This document shows positions 1 through 9,358 of a stretch of DNA of 64,000 nucleotides, in pieces. The notes under the pieces were generated by a model. It saw only the letters and a list, made by a program, of their open reading frames with translations, was not told the DNA's origin and searched no databases. This DNA is from Bacteroidales bacterium (GTDB lineage Bacteria > Bacteroidota > Bacteroidia > Bacteroidales > JACABE01), in assembly GCA_038204725.1 (NCBI GenBank), contig JBBRCQ010000002.1, positions 50,846-114,845 of the forward strand. Reading direction: 5' to 3'. Position numbers and translations under genes: made by a program. The first letter of the stretch is position 1. Each line of letters starts with the position of its first letter.

Positions 1-1020
1 CATTTCATCATACATGTATTTAAAAACATCTTCCAATTGATAAGCAGGATGATTTTCTGCAGCTTCAAATTGTCTGTCAACCTCTTTTTTATATTCTATC
101 ACCAATTGATCTTCCTCTTTTTGAGTCCATATTTTTTTATTGATCAAATACTTGTTTAATCTGTACAAAGGGTCTTTGAGTCCCCAAACGGTTTCTTCTT
201 CCTTTGTCCTGTATTTAGTAGGATCATCAGATGTAGTATGCGCTCCTCTACGATAGGTTTCAGCTTCTATCAAAACCGGACCTTTTCCTGCTAATGCATG
301 TTCAGCAGCATTTTTTACAGCTTGATACATGGCGAAAAAATCATTTCCATCTACCTGTATGCCTTCCATACCATAAGCAACCGATTTAATAGCAATACCT
401 TTTGATACAGTTTGCATTTTAAATGGGGTAGAAATGCCGTATTGATTGTTTTGTACAATAAAAACCACGGGGACTTTCCATACAGCAGCAAAATTAAGTG
501 ATTCATGAAAATCACCTTCCGATGTTCCACCATCACCCACAAATGCAAAAACAACTTGCTCTTTTTTATTGTATTTTATTTCATAGCCAATTCCTGTAGC
601 ATGCGCTAATTGTGAAGCAATGGGAACCGACATCGGTAGCATATTATTGGCGTTTTTAAAAATGGCACCTTCTTCGTTGCCCATAAAAACAAGAAAAATT
701 TCTTTAAGTGTAGCACCCTTAGCTATATAAGCACCCAATTCACGGAAAGCAGGTACCAACCAGTCTTCGTTGCGCATTACCATAGCTGTTGCTCCTGAAA
801 TAGCTTCTTGTCCGTGATTGGGAGGGTAAGTATATATTCGACCTTGTCGTTGGTAAGAAACAGTTTGTAAATCGGCTATTCTTGCAAAAAGCATATCTTT
901 GTATGCTTTTATCAGTTTTTTATCAGTAATTTCAGGCATCCATTTCTTATTGATAACTTTGCCTTCGTTATCAATTACCCTGAATATCTTTTCTTTTAAA
1001 GGATTATATTCTTCAAACAT
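1..1020 (-). CDS. TPP-dependent 2-oxo-acid dehydrogenase E1 alpha subunit (pyruvate/acetoin/branched-chain type); C-terminal part lies outside the window
   Basis: Absent from the ORF track because there is no stop inside the window. My translation of the minus strand from the ATG at 1018-1020 gives MFEEYNPLKEKIFRVIDNEGKVINKKWMPEITDKKLIKAY... It later contains the TPP-binding signature FVGDGGTSEGDFHESLNFAAVWKVP. The frame stays open to position 1. Confidence 0.85.
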   Translation of the reverse strand, partial: MFEEYNPLKEKIFRVIDNEGKVINKKWMPEITDKKLIKAYKDMLFARIADLQTVSYQRQGRIYTYPPNHGQEAISGATAMVMRNEDWLVPAFRELGAYIAKGATLKEIFLVFMGNEEGAIFKNANNMLPMSVPIASQLAHATGIGYEIKYNKKEQVVFAFVGDGGTSEGDFHESLNFAAVWKVPVVFIVQNNQYGISTPFKMQTVSKGIAIKSVAYGMEGIQVDGNDFFAMYQAVKNAAEHALAGKGPVLIEAETYRRGAHTTSDDPTKYRTKEEETVWGLKDPLYRLNKYLINKKIWTQKEEDQLVIEYKKEVDRQFEAAENHPAYQLEDVFKYMYDEM

Positions 1021-1119
1021 TTTCTCTTTAGTACTAATGAATAATTAATTTTAAGTTAATATAGAACAATTATAAATAGGAAAGGTTCAAAATGTAACTG
1101 AAAGTGATATGACGTTATT

Positions 1120-1536
1120 TCAATGGATTTTTTTTATCCCTTCCAGTAATTTAATAATTTTATCTAATTTTTCAACATCCAAAATATCCAGCTTTTTTGC
1201 CAAATCTTCAATTTCCAGTTTTGCATCAACATTAGTTTGGTAATCGGATTCAGCATGCATTCTGTCTCTTTCGTTTTGCCGGTTTTGTGCCATCATAATA
1301 ATTGGTGCTGCATAAGCAGCTTGAGTAGAAAAAACCAGATTAAGTAATATGAATGGATACACATCCCAATGAGCAATAAACCCGAACACATTCAATCCCA
1401 TCCAAAGAATTACCAAAATTGTTTGTATAATGATAAAACTCCATGACCCCATACCTGCAGCTACAGAATCAGCTAAACGATTCCCAAAAGTTAATGTTTC
1501 ACTATGTTTTTCATGCCAATTTTTATGATTTTTCAT
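1120..1536 (-). CDS. DUF1003-family membrane protein
   Basis: 138 aa. Two central TM helices (SWSFIIIQTILVILWMGLNVFGF; YPFILLNLVFSTQAAYAAPIIMMAQN), then RQNERDR and a coiled C-terminus. This layout is typical of DUF1003. Confidence 0.65.
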   Translation of the reverse strand: MKNHKNWHEKHSETLTFGNRLADSVAAGMGSWSFIIIQTILVILWMGLNVFGFIAHWDVYPFILLNLVFSTQAAYAAPIIMMAQNRQNERDRMHAESDYQTNVDAKLEIEDLAKKLDILDVEKLDKIIKLLEGIKKIH

Positions 1537-1703
1537 ATATAATTAAATTTATTTTTAGTGGTATAACATTCTATAAACAAATTTGTTGATAATATTTTAC
1601 GGTTCAAATCATGATAAAAACCTTATTGATTAAATTTCTTCAGATTATCACTTTTATCTTTTCTCAATTCAATTAACAAAAATAGTCTGCTGCTTAACAA
1701 TTT

Positions 1704-2486
1704 TTAAATATTACTTTTCACATTATTCTTTTCCGGTAAATAATTCCAGAATCGTTTTGGCATAAATTGCATTTGAACTTTTAAATTCTTACGCTCTTTA
1801 ATATTAATGGTTTCGAAATAGCTTTTCCAGAGAAGCTGGTAAGTTTCTTCCTTTTCTTCGAGCAATGAAGCATCTATTTTCCCAGAAGATTTGTTGACTC
1901 CAATTTGTTCTAATTTGATTTCTTCTACCGTTTTTAAATCATGATATAATCCATAATCTCTCACAGTATCATAAATAATCCAAACCTGATCGCGAAAGCG
2001 GTTCCTGAAATGATTCCCTATCAATGGAATGATATCATATTGTGGTTCAATAGGTGCAAAGTAGATATTGCTATTTGTTTTCTGAAACCTTACAAACATA
2101 TACATACGGTGTGCTTCTTTTTGAACCATTTGTTGGATTTGTCTGATTTGTAACACACTTTCTTCACGATAATTAACCGAAACGTTGTAATTAGCTGTAA
2201 ATGCCAGTTGTAAGTAACGGTAAATCACTATTTCAATATCTTTAATTTCCGAAAGAAAAGCATGATATAACATATCACAGGCTTTGGGATTGGTTTTAGC
2301 CTGCAAACCTTTCCAAACCCTTTCTGCTTTGAGAACATCTGTTTCAATTTCAAAAGGAAGATCCAAAAGGGATGTCTGATAATTGTTTTTTCCAGTTATT
2401 ATACAGTCCTTTATTTTCATATTAAATAATTCAAATACAACCGTTAACAAACCTTCAAATGTTTTATCGTATAAAAAAATGTTCAT
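1704..2486 (-). CDS. TIGR03915/DUF4130-like putative DNA metabolism protein (partner of the upstream radical SAM gene)
   Basis: 260 aa starting MNIFLYDKTFEGLLTVVFELF, a typical family N-terminus. It sits directly downstream of the TIGR03916-like radical SAM gene on the same strand. Confidence 0.7.
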   Translation of the reverse strand: MNIFLYDKTFEGLLTVVFELFNMKIKDCIITGKNNYQTSLLDLPFEIETDVLKAERVWKGLQAKTNPKACDMLYHAFLSEIKDIEIVIYRYLQLAFTANYNVSVNYREESVLQIRQIQQMVQKEAHRMYMFVRFQKTNSNIYFAPIEPQYDIIPLIGNHFRNRFRDQVWIIYDTVRDYGLYHDLKTVEEIKLEQIGVNKSSGKIDASLLEEKEETYQLLWKSYFETINIKERKNLKVQMQFMPKRFWNYLPEKNNVKSNI

Positions 2487-2588
2487 ATAGTCAGTTTGTA
2501 AAGTTTATTAAATTTATAAAATGTTTTCAGAATGGTTATTAAAGAATTAAAGAATTAAGTTATTAACTAATAACTTAATAACCAATAA

Positions 2589-3851
2589 CTAAATTCCAAA
2601 TAACGACAATTGATTTTCATCAAAACGTTTCAACAATTTATGCTTTTCGTTTATAATGTTACTGCGGATCACAGAAGGTAAAATGTCTGTATGACCATCC
2701 GTGATTTGATTACAAGTGATAAAATATTTAGCCCGTTTTAACACAATTCCCATTTTCTTTAAATTGCTTTCGTTGAGACGTCCATATCGTCTTGAATGAA
2801 CAATTAGTTTAGCTGAACGCACACCTATTCCTGGAACTCTCAGTATCATTTCATAGTCCGCTTTGTTGATGTCAATGGGGAAAATGTGAGGATTGCGCAA
2901 TGCATAACTAAGTTTGGGATCCAGTTCAAGATCCAGTTGTTGAAACGCTTCATTTACGATTTCATCTACCTTGAATTCATAAAATCTCAATAACCAATCT
3001 GCCTGATAAAGCCTGTTTTCTCTTATCAAAGGTGGTTGTTTCAATGCAGGAAGTCGATTGTCAATCAATGTAACCGGTACATATCCAGAATAATATACTC
3101 TTTTCAACTTTTGATTATTGTAAAAGCCCGATGCCAATTGAAGTATCTGCAGGTCGCTTTCTGGAGTTGCTCCAATAATCAGTTGTGTGCTTTGACCGGC
3201 AGGAGCAAATACAGGTGAATTCCTGTATTTTTTTCGCTCCTCCTTGCTGATGATAATGTTTTCTTTGATCAAAGCCATGGGTTGATACACGCTTGCAAAA
3301 TCTTTATCGGGGGCTAACAGCTTAAGGTTTTGTTCTGTAGGAATTTCAATATTTACACTCATACGGTCGGCGTATAGGCCTGCTTGTTTAATCAATTCAG
3401 GATTAGCACCGGGTATGGCTTTCAGATGAATGTATGCATTGAAATGATAAACTTCTCTTAATTTCTTTGCTACATTCATCAATCTTTCCATCGTATAATC
3501 AGGGTTTCTCATCACACCTGAACTTAAAAACAAGCCTTCAATGTAGTTTCTCCGGTAAAAATTGATGGTTAATTCTGCAATTTCATCTACAGTAAATGCT
3601 GCTCTCGGAATATCATTGCTGCTGCGGTTCACACAATAGGCACAATCATAAATACAATGATTACTCAGCAAAACTTTTAACAACGAAATGCATCTTCCGT
3701 CTTCGGTAAAGCTATGACAAATGCCACAACTCACCGTATTGCCGATATTTTTCCCATTATTGCTTCTGTTACTTCCACTCGAAGAACAGGATACATCATA
3801 CTTAGCAGCATTGGAAAGAATATTCAGTTTAGTAAGGAGGGTGTCGTTCAT
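2589..3851 (-). CDS. Putative DNA modification/repair radical SAM protein (TIGR03916-like)
   Basis: 420 aa. Radical SAM CxxxCxxC cluster in SNHCIYDCAYCVN. C-terminal helix-hairpin-helix-like LRVPGIGVRSAKLIV. Confidence 0.8.
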   Translation of the reverse strand: MNDTLLTKLNILSNAAKYDVSCSSSGSNRSNNGKNIGNTVSCGICHSFTEDGRCISLLKVLLSNHCIYDCAYCVNRSSNDIPRAAFTVDEIAELTINFYRRNYIEGLFLSSGVMRNPDYTMERLMNVAKKLREVYHFNAYIHLKAIPGANPELIKQAGLYADRMSVNIEIPTEQNLKLLAPDKDFASVYQPMALIKENIIISKEERKKYRNSPVFAPAGQSTQLIIGATPESDLQILQLASGFYNNQKLKRVYYSGYVPVTLIDNRLPALKQPPLIRENRLYQADWLLRFYEFKVDEIVNEAFQQLDLELDPKLSYALRNPHIFPIDINKADYEMILRVPGIGVRSAKLIVHSRRYGRLNESNLKKMGIVLKRAKYFITCNQITDGHTDILPSVIRSNIINEKHKLLKRFDENQLSLFGI

Positions 3852-4009
3852 ATGATTTAGTAATTTGGTAATTTTAAATGAATAAAGAACTATTCACTGT
3901 TTGTTGAATATTAGGTTGATAAGTTATTTTACTCCAAGAATTTATTAAGTTATATTTTAATGAGTACTTAATTTTGAAATAAAAAATTAGGAATTGAATA
4001 AATAAATAC

Positions 4010-4017
4010 TAATTTTG
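4010..4017 (+). promoter_or_regulatory. Candidate Bacteroidota -7 promoter box (TAATTTTG) for the LexA-like/dinB operon
   Basis: Matches TAnnTTTG, 59 nt upstream of the ATG at 4076. Overlaps the first AAATACTAAT repeat. A second similar box lies at 3969-3976. Confidence 0.35.
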
Positions 4018-4075
4018 TGCAACAAAAATACTAATAAAATTAGCAATAAGTAGTAATTTAGTAAAATTTAACAAT

Positions 4076-4870
4076 ATGCAATTTATTTCAGAGAATATCA
4101 AGTATTTACGTAAAAAAAAGCAATTAACACAGGACGAACTGGCTTTGAAAATAGGAGTGAAGCGATCGATGATCGGTTCCTATGAAGAATCCCGTGCAAT
4201 TCCTAAATTGTCATTGTTACAAGCCATTGCTTTTTATTTTAATGTATCTTTAAATGATATATTGGACAGAGATCTGAGTATATCTGATTCAAAAACAGCA
4301 ACTTCTAAAGTTTATCCTGATGGTAGTAATTTAAGGGTTTTATCTACCATTGTTGACAAAGATAATAAAGAACTCATGACTGTAGTACCTGTAAAAGCTG
4401 CAGCAGGTTATCTCAATGGCTACGCTGATGTAGAATTTGTTGAAAGTTTAACGGCTTTTTCATTACCCTTGCCCGAAATTTCTCACGATCGTACCTATCG
4501 TATTTTTCAGATAAAGGGCGATAGCATGGAACCTTTGCCCACAGGAACATACATTATTTGCAGGTATCTGGATAACTGGTTCAATGTTAAGGATGGCAAA
4601 ACCTATGTAGTCCTTACCAAAGATGATGGTATTGTTTATAAAAGATTGTACAACCGTTTGGAAGAAACCAAAACCCTGGAAATGATTTCTGATAATCCCA
4701 TGTATTCACCTTACAGCGTTCGTATCGAAAATATTTTAGAAGTATGGCAGGCCATTGGAATGATCAGTTTTCAGCTACCCGATTCGGATGTTCCATCGCT
4801 TTTTAAATTAAATACGATGTTTACCGAACTGAAAAGCGATATCGAAACGCTTAAAAAAGCAATCGGTTAA
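4076..4870 (+). CDS. LexA-like self-cleaving repressor (XRE-type HTH + peptidase S24 domain)
   Basis: 264 aa. N-terminal HTH (LRKKKQLTQDELALKIGVKRSMIGSYE). S24 elements: Ala-Gly site in VKAAAGY, Ser in IKGDSMEP, Lys in GIVYKRL. Confidence 0.8.
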   Translation: MQFISENIKYLRKKKQLTQDELALKIGVKRSMIGSYEESRAIPKLSLLQAIAFYFNVSLNDILDRDLSISDSKTATSKVYPDGSNLRVLSTIVDKDNKELMTVVPVKAAAGYLNGYADVEFVESLTAFSLPLPEISHDRTYRIFQIKGDSMEPLPTGTYIICRYLDNWFNVKDGKTYVVLTKDDGIVYKRLYNRLEETKTLEMISDNPMYSPYSVRIENILEVWQAIGMISFQLPDSDVPSLFKLNTMFTELKSDIETLKKAIG

Positions 4871-4873
4871 ATA

Positions 4874-5944
4874 ATGATTAAAAAAATCATACACATTGAT
4901 ATGGATGCTTTTTATGCTTCTGTCGAACAACGGGATAATCCTGATTTGAGAGGAAAACCGATTGCTGTTGGATGGGACAAAGAGCGCAGTGTAGTTAGCA
5001 CAGCAAGTTATGAAGCTCGTAAATTCGGAGTACATTCGGCTTTACCTTCTGTTATTGCCCGGAAGAAATGTCCGGAATTGATTTTTGTGGAACCTCATTT
5101 TGAAGTTTATCATTTGGTTTCAAAACAAATCAGAGAAATATTTCTTGAATATACTGATTTGGTGGAACCTTTGTCGTTGGATGAAGCTTATCTGGATGTT
5201 ACCGAAAACAAAAAGAACATTGCATCAGCCAGCCTGATTGCCAGAGAAATAAAAGATAAAATTAAAGAAGTAACCGGTTTAACAGCTTCTGCTGGTGTTT
5301 CCTACAATAAATTTCTGGCTAAAATTGCTTCCGATTATCAGAAACCGGATGGTTTGTGTGTGATAAAACCTAAAGAAGCGCTTTTATTTATTGAACAACT
5401 GGATATTGAAAAGTTTCATGGAATAGGTAAAGTAACTGCCCTTAAAATGCATAAAATGGGTATTCACAAGGGAATTGATTTAAAGCATTTATCAGAAAAT
5501 GAATTGATTAAATTATTTGGGAAACAAGGTTCTTATTATTATGGCATTGCCAACGGAATTGACGAAAGAGAAGTAATCCCGCACAGAGAAAGGAAATCTT
5601 TAGGTTCGGAATATACTTTTGAAAAGGATTTAACCAAAAAGTTTGAAGTAATCACCGAATTGTATAAAATTGAAAAAGATTTGATGCAAACCATTGAAAA
5701 ATATCAATATTATGGCAAAACCCTTACCTTAAAGGTTAAATATGCCGATTTTAAACAACATACTAAAAGTAAGTCCCTTGATTTTGACATTTGCGATTTC
5801 CAGCTTTTACATAAAACAGTCAAAGAACTCTTGAAAGCTGTTCCATTTAATGATACAAACTTGAAAATAAGATTATTAGGATTGAGTGTGTCAAATTTTA
5901 AAAGTTATAAAAATGAAAATAAACAAATGAAATTAAAATTGTAA
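4874..5944 (+). CDS. dinB: DNA polymerase IV (Y-family translesion polymerase)
   Basis: 356 aa starting MIKKIIHIDMDAFYASVEQRDNPDLRGKPIAVG, with SLDEAYLDV. Starts 3 nt after the repressor stop. Confidence 0.9.
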   Translation: MIKKIIHIDMDAFYASVEQRDNPDLRGKPIAVGWDKERSVVSTASYEARKFGVHSALPSVIARKKCPELIFVEPHFEVYHLVSKQIREIFLEYTDLVEPLSLDEAYLDVTENKKNIASASLIAREIKDKIKEVTGLTASAGVSYNKFLAKIASDYQKPDGLCVIKPKEALLFIEQLDIEKFHGIGKVTALKMHKMGIHKGIDLKHLSENELIKLFGKQGSYYYGIANGIDEREVIPHRERKSLGSEYTFEKDLTKKFEVITELYKIEKDLMQTIEKYQYYGKTLTLKVKYADFKQHTKSKSLDFDICDFQLLHKTVKELLKAVPFNDTNLKIRLLGLSVSNFKSYKNENKQMKLKL

Positions 5945-6007
5945 CAGATTTTTGTATCTTTACCCTCTTTTTTATTAATTATTAACCATTTATAAAATAA
6001 ATGAACC

Positions 6008-7021
6008 ATGAAAGTTTTAAAAATTACCGGAATTATTTTAGGTGTAATTATCTTATTATTTCTGTTTATTGGCATGTTTTTGCCAAAAAACGTATCTATT
6101 GAGGAGTCCGTAGAAATAAAAGCTCCTGCAAATGTTATTTTTGCACAAATAAACAACTTTACTAAATGGAGCCAATGGTCACCATTCCTGGATTCAACAG
6201 AGTTAATGAAAACAACCTATGAAGGACAGGAAGAAGGAGTAGGTTCCATTATGAAATGGGAGAGTGAAAAACAGGGTAATGGAAGTATGACAATTGTTGA
6301 TGTTGCACCTAATCAATACATTAAAGCTGAGCTGAGTATGGAAGATCACGGGAAGTCTTTTATTAATTGGGATTTTAAGCCTACACAGGATGGAACTTTG
6401 GTTGTTTGGGGTATTGCTATGCAGGATTTATCCTATCCGATCGGAAAATGGATGGGTTTGTTAATGAAAGGTATGATGCATAACGATTTTAAAAAGGGTT
6501 TGAATACATTGAAAGATCTATGCGAAAGTGGAAAAGCAATGGGAAACAATCCTTGGATAACATCGGAAGTTGTTGAAAAAGAAGTTGCTCCAATGATGGC
6601 ATTGTCGATTAAAGATTCTTGTACCATCAATGAGTTCGATCAGAAGTTTGGAGAAATTTATTCGAAAATCAACACTTATGTTGATAAAATGAAAGTTGAA
6701 CAAACTGGTGCTCCTTTTACTATTTATTATACCTGGAACCCTGAAGGACTTACTGTTTTTGAAGCAGGAATCCCAATTAATAAAAAAATAAAAGGGAATG
6801 GTAGCATAATGTTTTCGGATATTCCGGCTAAAAAAGCTGTAACAGCATCACAGTTTGGGCCTTATGAAACCAGTGGATTTGCGCATGAAGCTATAGAAAA
6901 TTACCTGATAGATAAGAGTTTAACCTGTATAGGTGCTCCTTGGGAAGTGTATGTTACCGATCCCGGCAAAGAAACTGATACAGCAAAATGGGAAACTCAG
7001 GTTTATTATCCTGTTCAATAA
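6008..7021 (+). CDS. Membrane-anchored SRPBCC domain + GyrI-like small-molecule-binding domain protein
   Basis: 337 aa. N-terminal TM helix, an SRPBCC-like half (IKAPANVIFAQINNFTKWSQWSPF) and a GyrI-like C-terminal half ending WETQVYYPVQ. Confidence 0.6.
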   Translation: MKVLKITGIILGVIILLFLFIGMFLPKNVSIEESVEIKAPANVIFAQINNFTKWSQWSPFLDSTELMKTTYEGQEEGVGSIMKWESEKQGNGSMTIVDVAPNQYIKAELSMEDHGKSFINWDFKPTQDGTLVVWGIAMQDLSYPIGKWMGLLMKGMMHNDFKKGLNTLKDLCESGKAMGNNPWITSEVVEKEVAPMMALSIKDSCTINEFDQKFGEIYSKINTYVDKMKVEQTGAPFTIYYTWNPEGLTVFEAGIPINKKIKGNGSIMFSDIPAKKAVTASQFGPYETSGFAHEAIENYLIDKSLTCIGAPWEVYVTDPGKETDTAKWETQVYYPVQ

Positions 7022-7040
7022 ATGATCCAATACTAAAACA

Positions 7041-7077
7041 AAATGGGAGCCAAATCTGATAGAATTGACTCCCATTT
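7041..7077. terminator. Bidirectional hairpin terminator
   Basis: AAATGGGAG (7041-7049) pairs with CTCCCATTT (7069-7077). There is a T/A-rich run on both sides, 20 nt after the stop of 6008..7021. Confidence 0.6.
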
Positions 7078-8099
7078 CATCTTTTAATAGCCATAGCCTT
7101 TAAAAGATGTCAAGCTACTGTTTATATGACCTTCCTTTGTGGTTTGCATCCTTACGGTTGCATCCTTTAAGGTTTTCGTTTTTTGAACGGTTTCATTCTT
7201 TGCAGAATTTCGCCCTTCTCAAACTTTGCTTTTCGAAATTAACGCTGATTTCGTTTTTCCTTGCGGATGCGTTTTCCAGTGTTACATCTTACTCCACTAT
7301 TTCTTTTACAAGTTTTCGTCTTTCAGATTTTTCATTCTCAAGCCAGCCTTTTATCTCTTACTTGATGAAACAAAGATACATCAAAATCAGTCGTTTGTCA
7401 AGTGTTTTCAGCTTCTATTTATAAACAATTTACAAACAATAGTTATCAACAATTTGTTAATAACTTTTAATTTATTAAACGTTTGTTTTGTTGCACATTA
7501 AGTCGGATTGTAAAAATAATCAACAGGGTTTATTAACAAATTACGATTTAATAATATAATAATCTAATTATTTTTTTTGTATTTTTGCTATTTGGGAATA
7601 AATTATTCATTATATAGTTTTGTAATTTGCTGGGAAATATTATCAAAAGTAATAAATCTAAGTTCAATGAAAATATTATTCTATTCATTTCATGCAATTT
7701 TAATTTTAATATTATAGTAAATTTCCTGTTTCTTAGAGTGGTATTAATGTTGGCAAACAAAAAAATAAATTTTGTTATCACTGATTCATGAAATAATTGT
7801 AATTTTGGCAATGATTATAAGCTATCAATGCAATTTAAATTTGAAAATGTTTGATATTCATCTGAATTTTTAATCAATTTACAATTTGAAATATTATTTA
7901 GACTTTTAAATTGTCAATTGATTTTAGCATTTCTATTGCAAAATAATGATAAAAATACGTTTAAATTTGTTCATATTATCAGGAATTGTTACAAATACAT
8001 TAAGAATGTAATTTGAGATATCTGACTGAAGAACATATGCATGCTGGCGTTAATCATAACATTTATTTAGGGTAAGGCATCCGATTTTCATTTTATTAT

Positions 8100-9356
8100 A
8101 TGAACAAACAGAGGTATAAAGATTATATTGTTACTTTTATTACTGAAGCTTTTGTACTGATAGCCGGTATATTGGTTTATAAGTTTGCGAACAATCTGAT
8201 TGGAGATACATCTTTTTCTGAATATGCACTTGTAAAAAGGACACTATCTTTTATACAACCTATTTTAATGCTGGGAATGGGAGTTGGAATTCCCCGATAT
8301 ATTGCGTTTGCCCTAGGAAAAGGAAAAAAGAAAGATTCAATTTCCTATTTTTTTAATGGTTTTATGATGGTATTGTTTTTAGGGCTGGTATTAGCATTGT
8401 TTTTATTACTGTTCCCTTCAGCTTTCTCTTTTTTGTTTTTTGGGAATACCTCGTATTTTTATCTGATTTATCCATTGTTACTCATGTGCATTGGATTGTT
8501 ACTTCATTCTTCTATTTATTCATACTTTAGAGGAAATATCATGATGTTTCCAGCAAACCTTTTACAGATTATTAATTTAGGAATTGTTCCTATTATTTCC
8601 TTTGCATTTTCAAAAGATATAGTCGTTGTTTTTTATTTGAACGGAATATTTTGGGTTTTTGTATCAATAATGTTCTTTTTAAAAATACTGATTAAAAATT
8701 ATACAGTTTTACATTTTAATTTTAAAATTGCCAGGGAATTACTAATTTACGGAGTACAAAGAATGCCAGGTGACATTGCTATTGCAGGTCTTTTTAGTTT
8801 ACCTGCATTTTATGCAGCTCATTACAAAGGGGTTAAGGAAGCCGGTTATGTTGCGTTTGGCATTATTCTGTTAAATATGGTGGGTGCTGCATTTGGACCC
8901 ATCTGTTTAATTTTGCTTCCTGAATCCAGCAAGATGATATCGGAAAACAGACTGGCCGATTTATTAAAAACTGCCCACAGATTAACTTTAGGAACCTTGA
9001 TAATCACATTGATAGGATTTGTTGTTTATTATATATTTGCAGCTCAGATATTGACGTTGTATTTTGGAACTGTTGATCCTGCCCTGATTGAAATTTCTAA
9101 AATAATAATGCTTGGATGTTTTGGATATACATTATATATTTCATTGCGAAGTATTTTAGATGCATTTTATATTAAAGCTGTAAATACAAAAAATATTTTC
9201 ATAGTTTTTATTATATTTCTAATCACATCTTTTATCATCTTATTATTTTCTGATAATTTTAATTTTGTGCTTTTTTCATTGGCCATATCACTTAATATAC
9301 TTGGTTTACTTACACTCTTAGAAATCAATAAAATAAAAAAAAATAATTCGATTTAA
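8100..9356 (+). CDS. Polysaccharide flippase (Wzx/MOP superfamily-like)
   Basis: 418 aa, multi-pass hydrophobic protein. First gene of a plus-strand glycan locus. Confidence 0.6.
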   Translation: MNKQRYKDYIVTFITEAFVLIAGILVYKFANNLIGDTSFSEYALVKRTLSFIQPILMLGMGVGIPRYIAFALGKGKKKDSISYFFNGFMMVLFLGLVLALFLLLFPSAFSFLFFGNTSYFYLIYPLLLMCIGLLLHSSIYSYFRGNIMMFPANLLQIINLGIVPIISFAFSKDIVVVFYLNGIFWVFVSIMFFLKILIKNYTVLHFNFKIARELLIYGVQRMPGDIAIAGLFSLPAFYAAHYKGVKEAGYVAFGIILLNMVGAAFGPICLILLPESSKMISENRLADLLKTAHRLTLGTLIITLIGFVVYYIFAAQILTLYFGTVDPALIEISKIIMLGCFGYTLYISLRSILDAFYIKAVNTKNIFIVFIIFLITSFIILLFSDNFNFVLFSLAISLNILGLLTLLEINKIKKNNSI

Positions 9357-9358
9357 AT

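Noticed and set aside
7107-7501. Track ORFs 7107..7424 and 7226..7501
   Set aside because: They are Ser/Phe/Leu-rich low-complexity translations of a pyrimidine-skewed tract, overlap each other in different frames, and resemble no protein family. I treat the tract as non-coding.
7400-8099. Invertible-promoter (Bacteroides capsule-type) architecture upstream of the glycan locus
   Set aside because: I saw no pair of inverted repeats flanking a segment of about 150-250 bp and no nearby recombinase gene. The only inverted repeat is closely spaced (20-nt loop).
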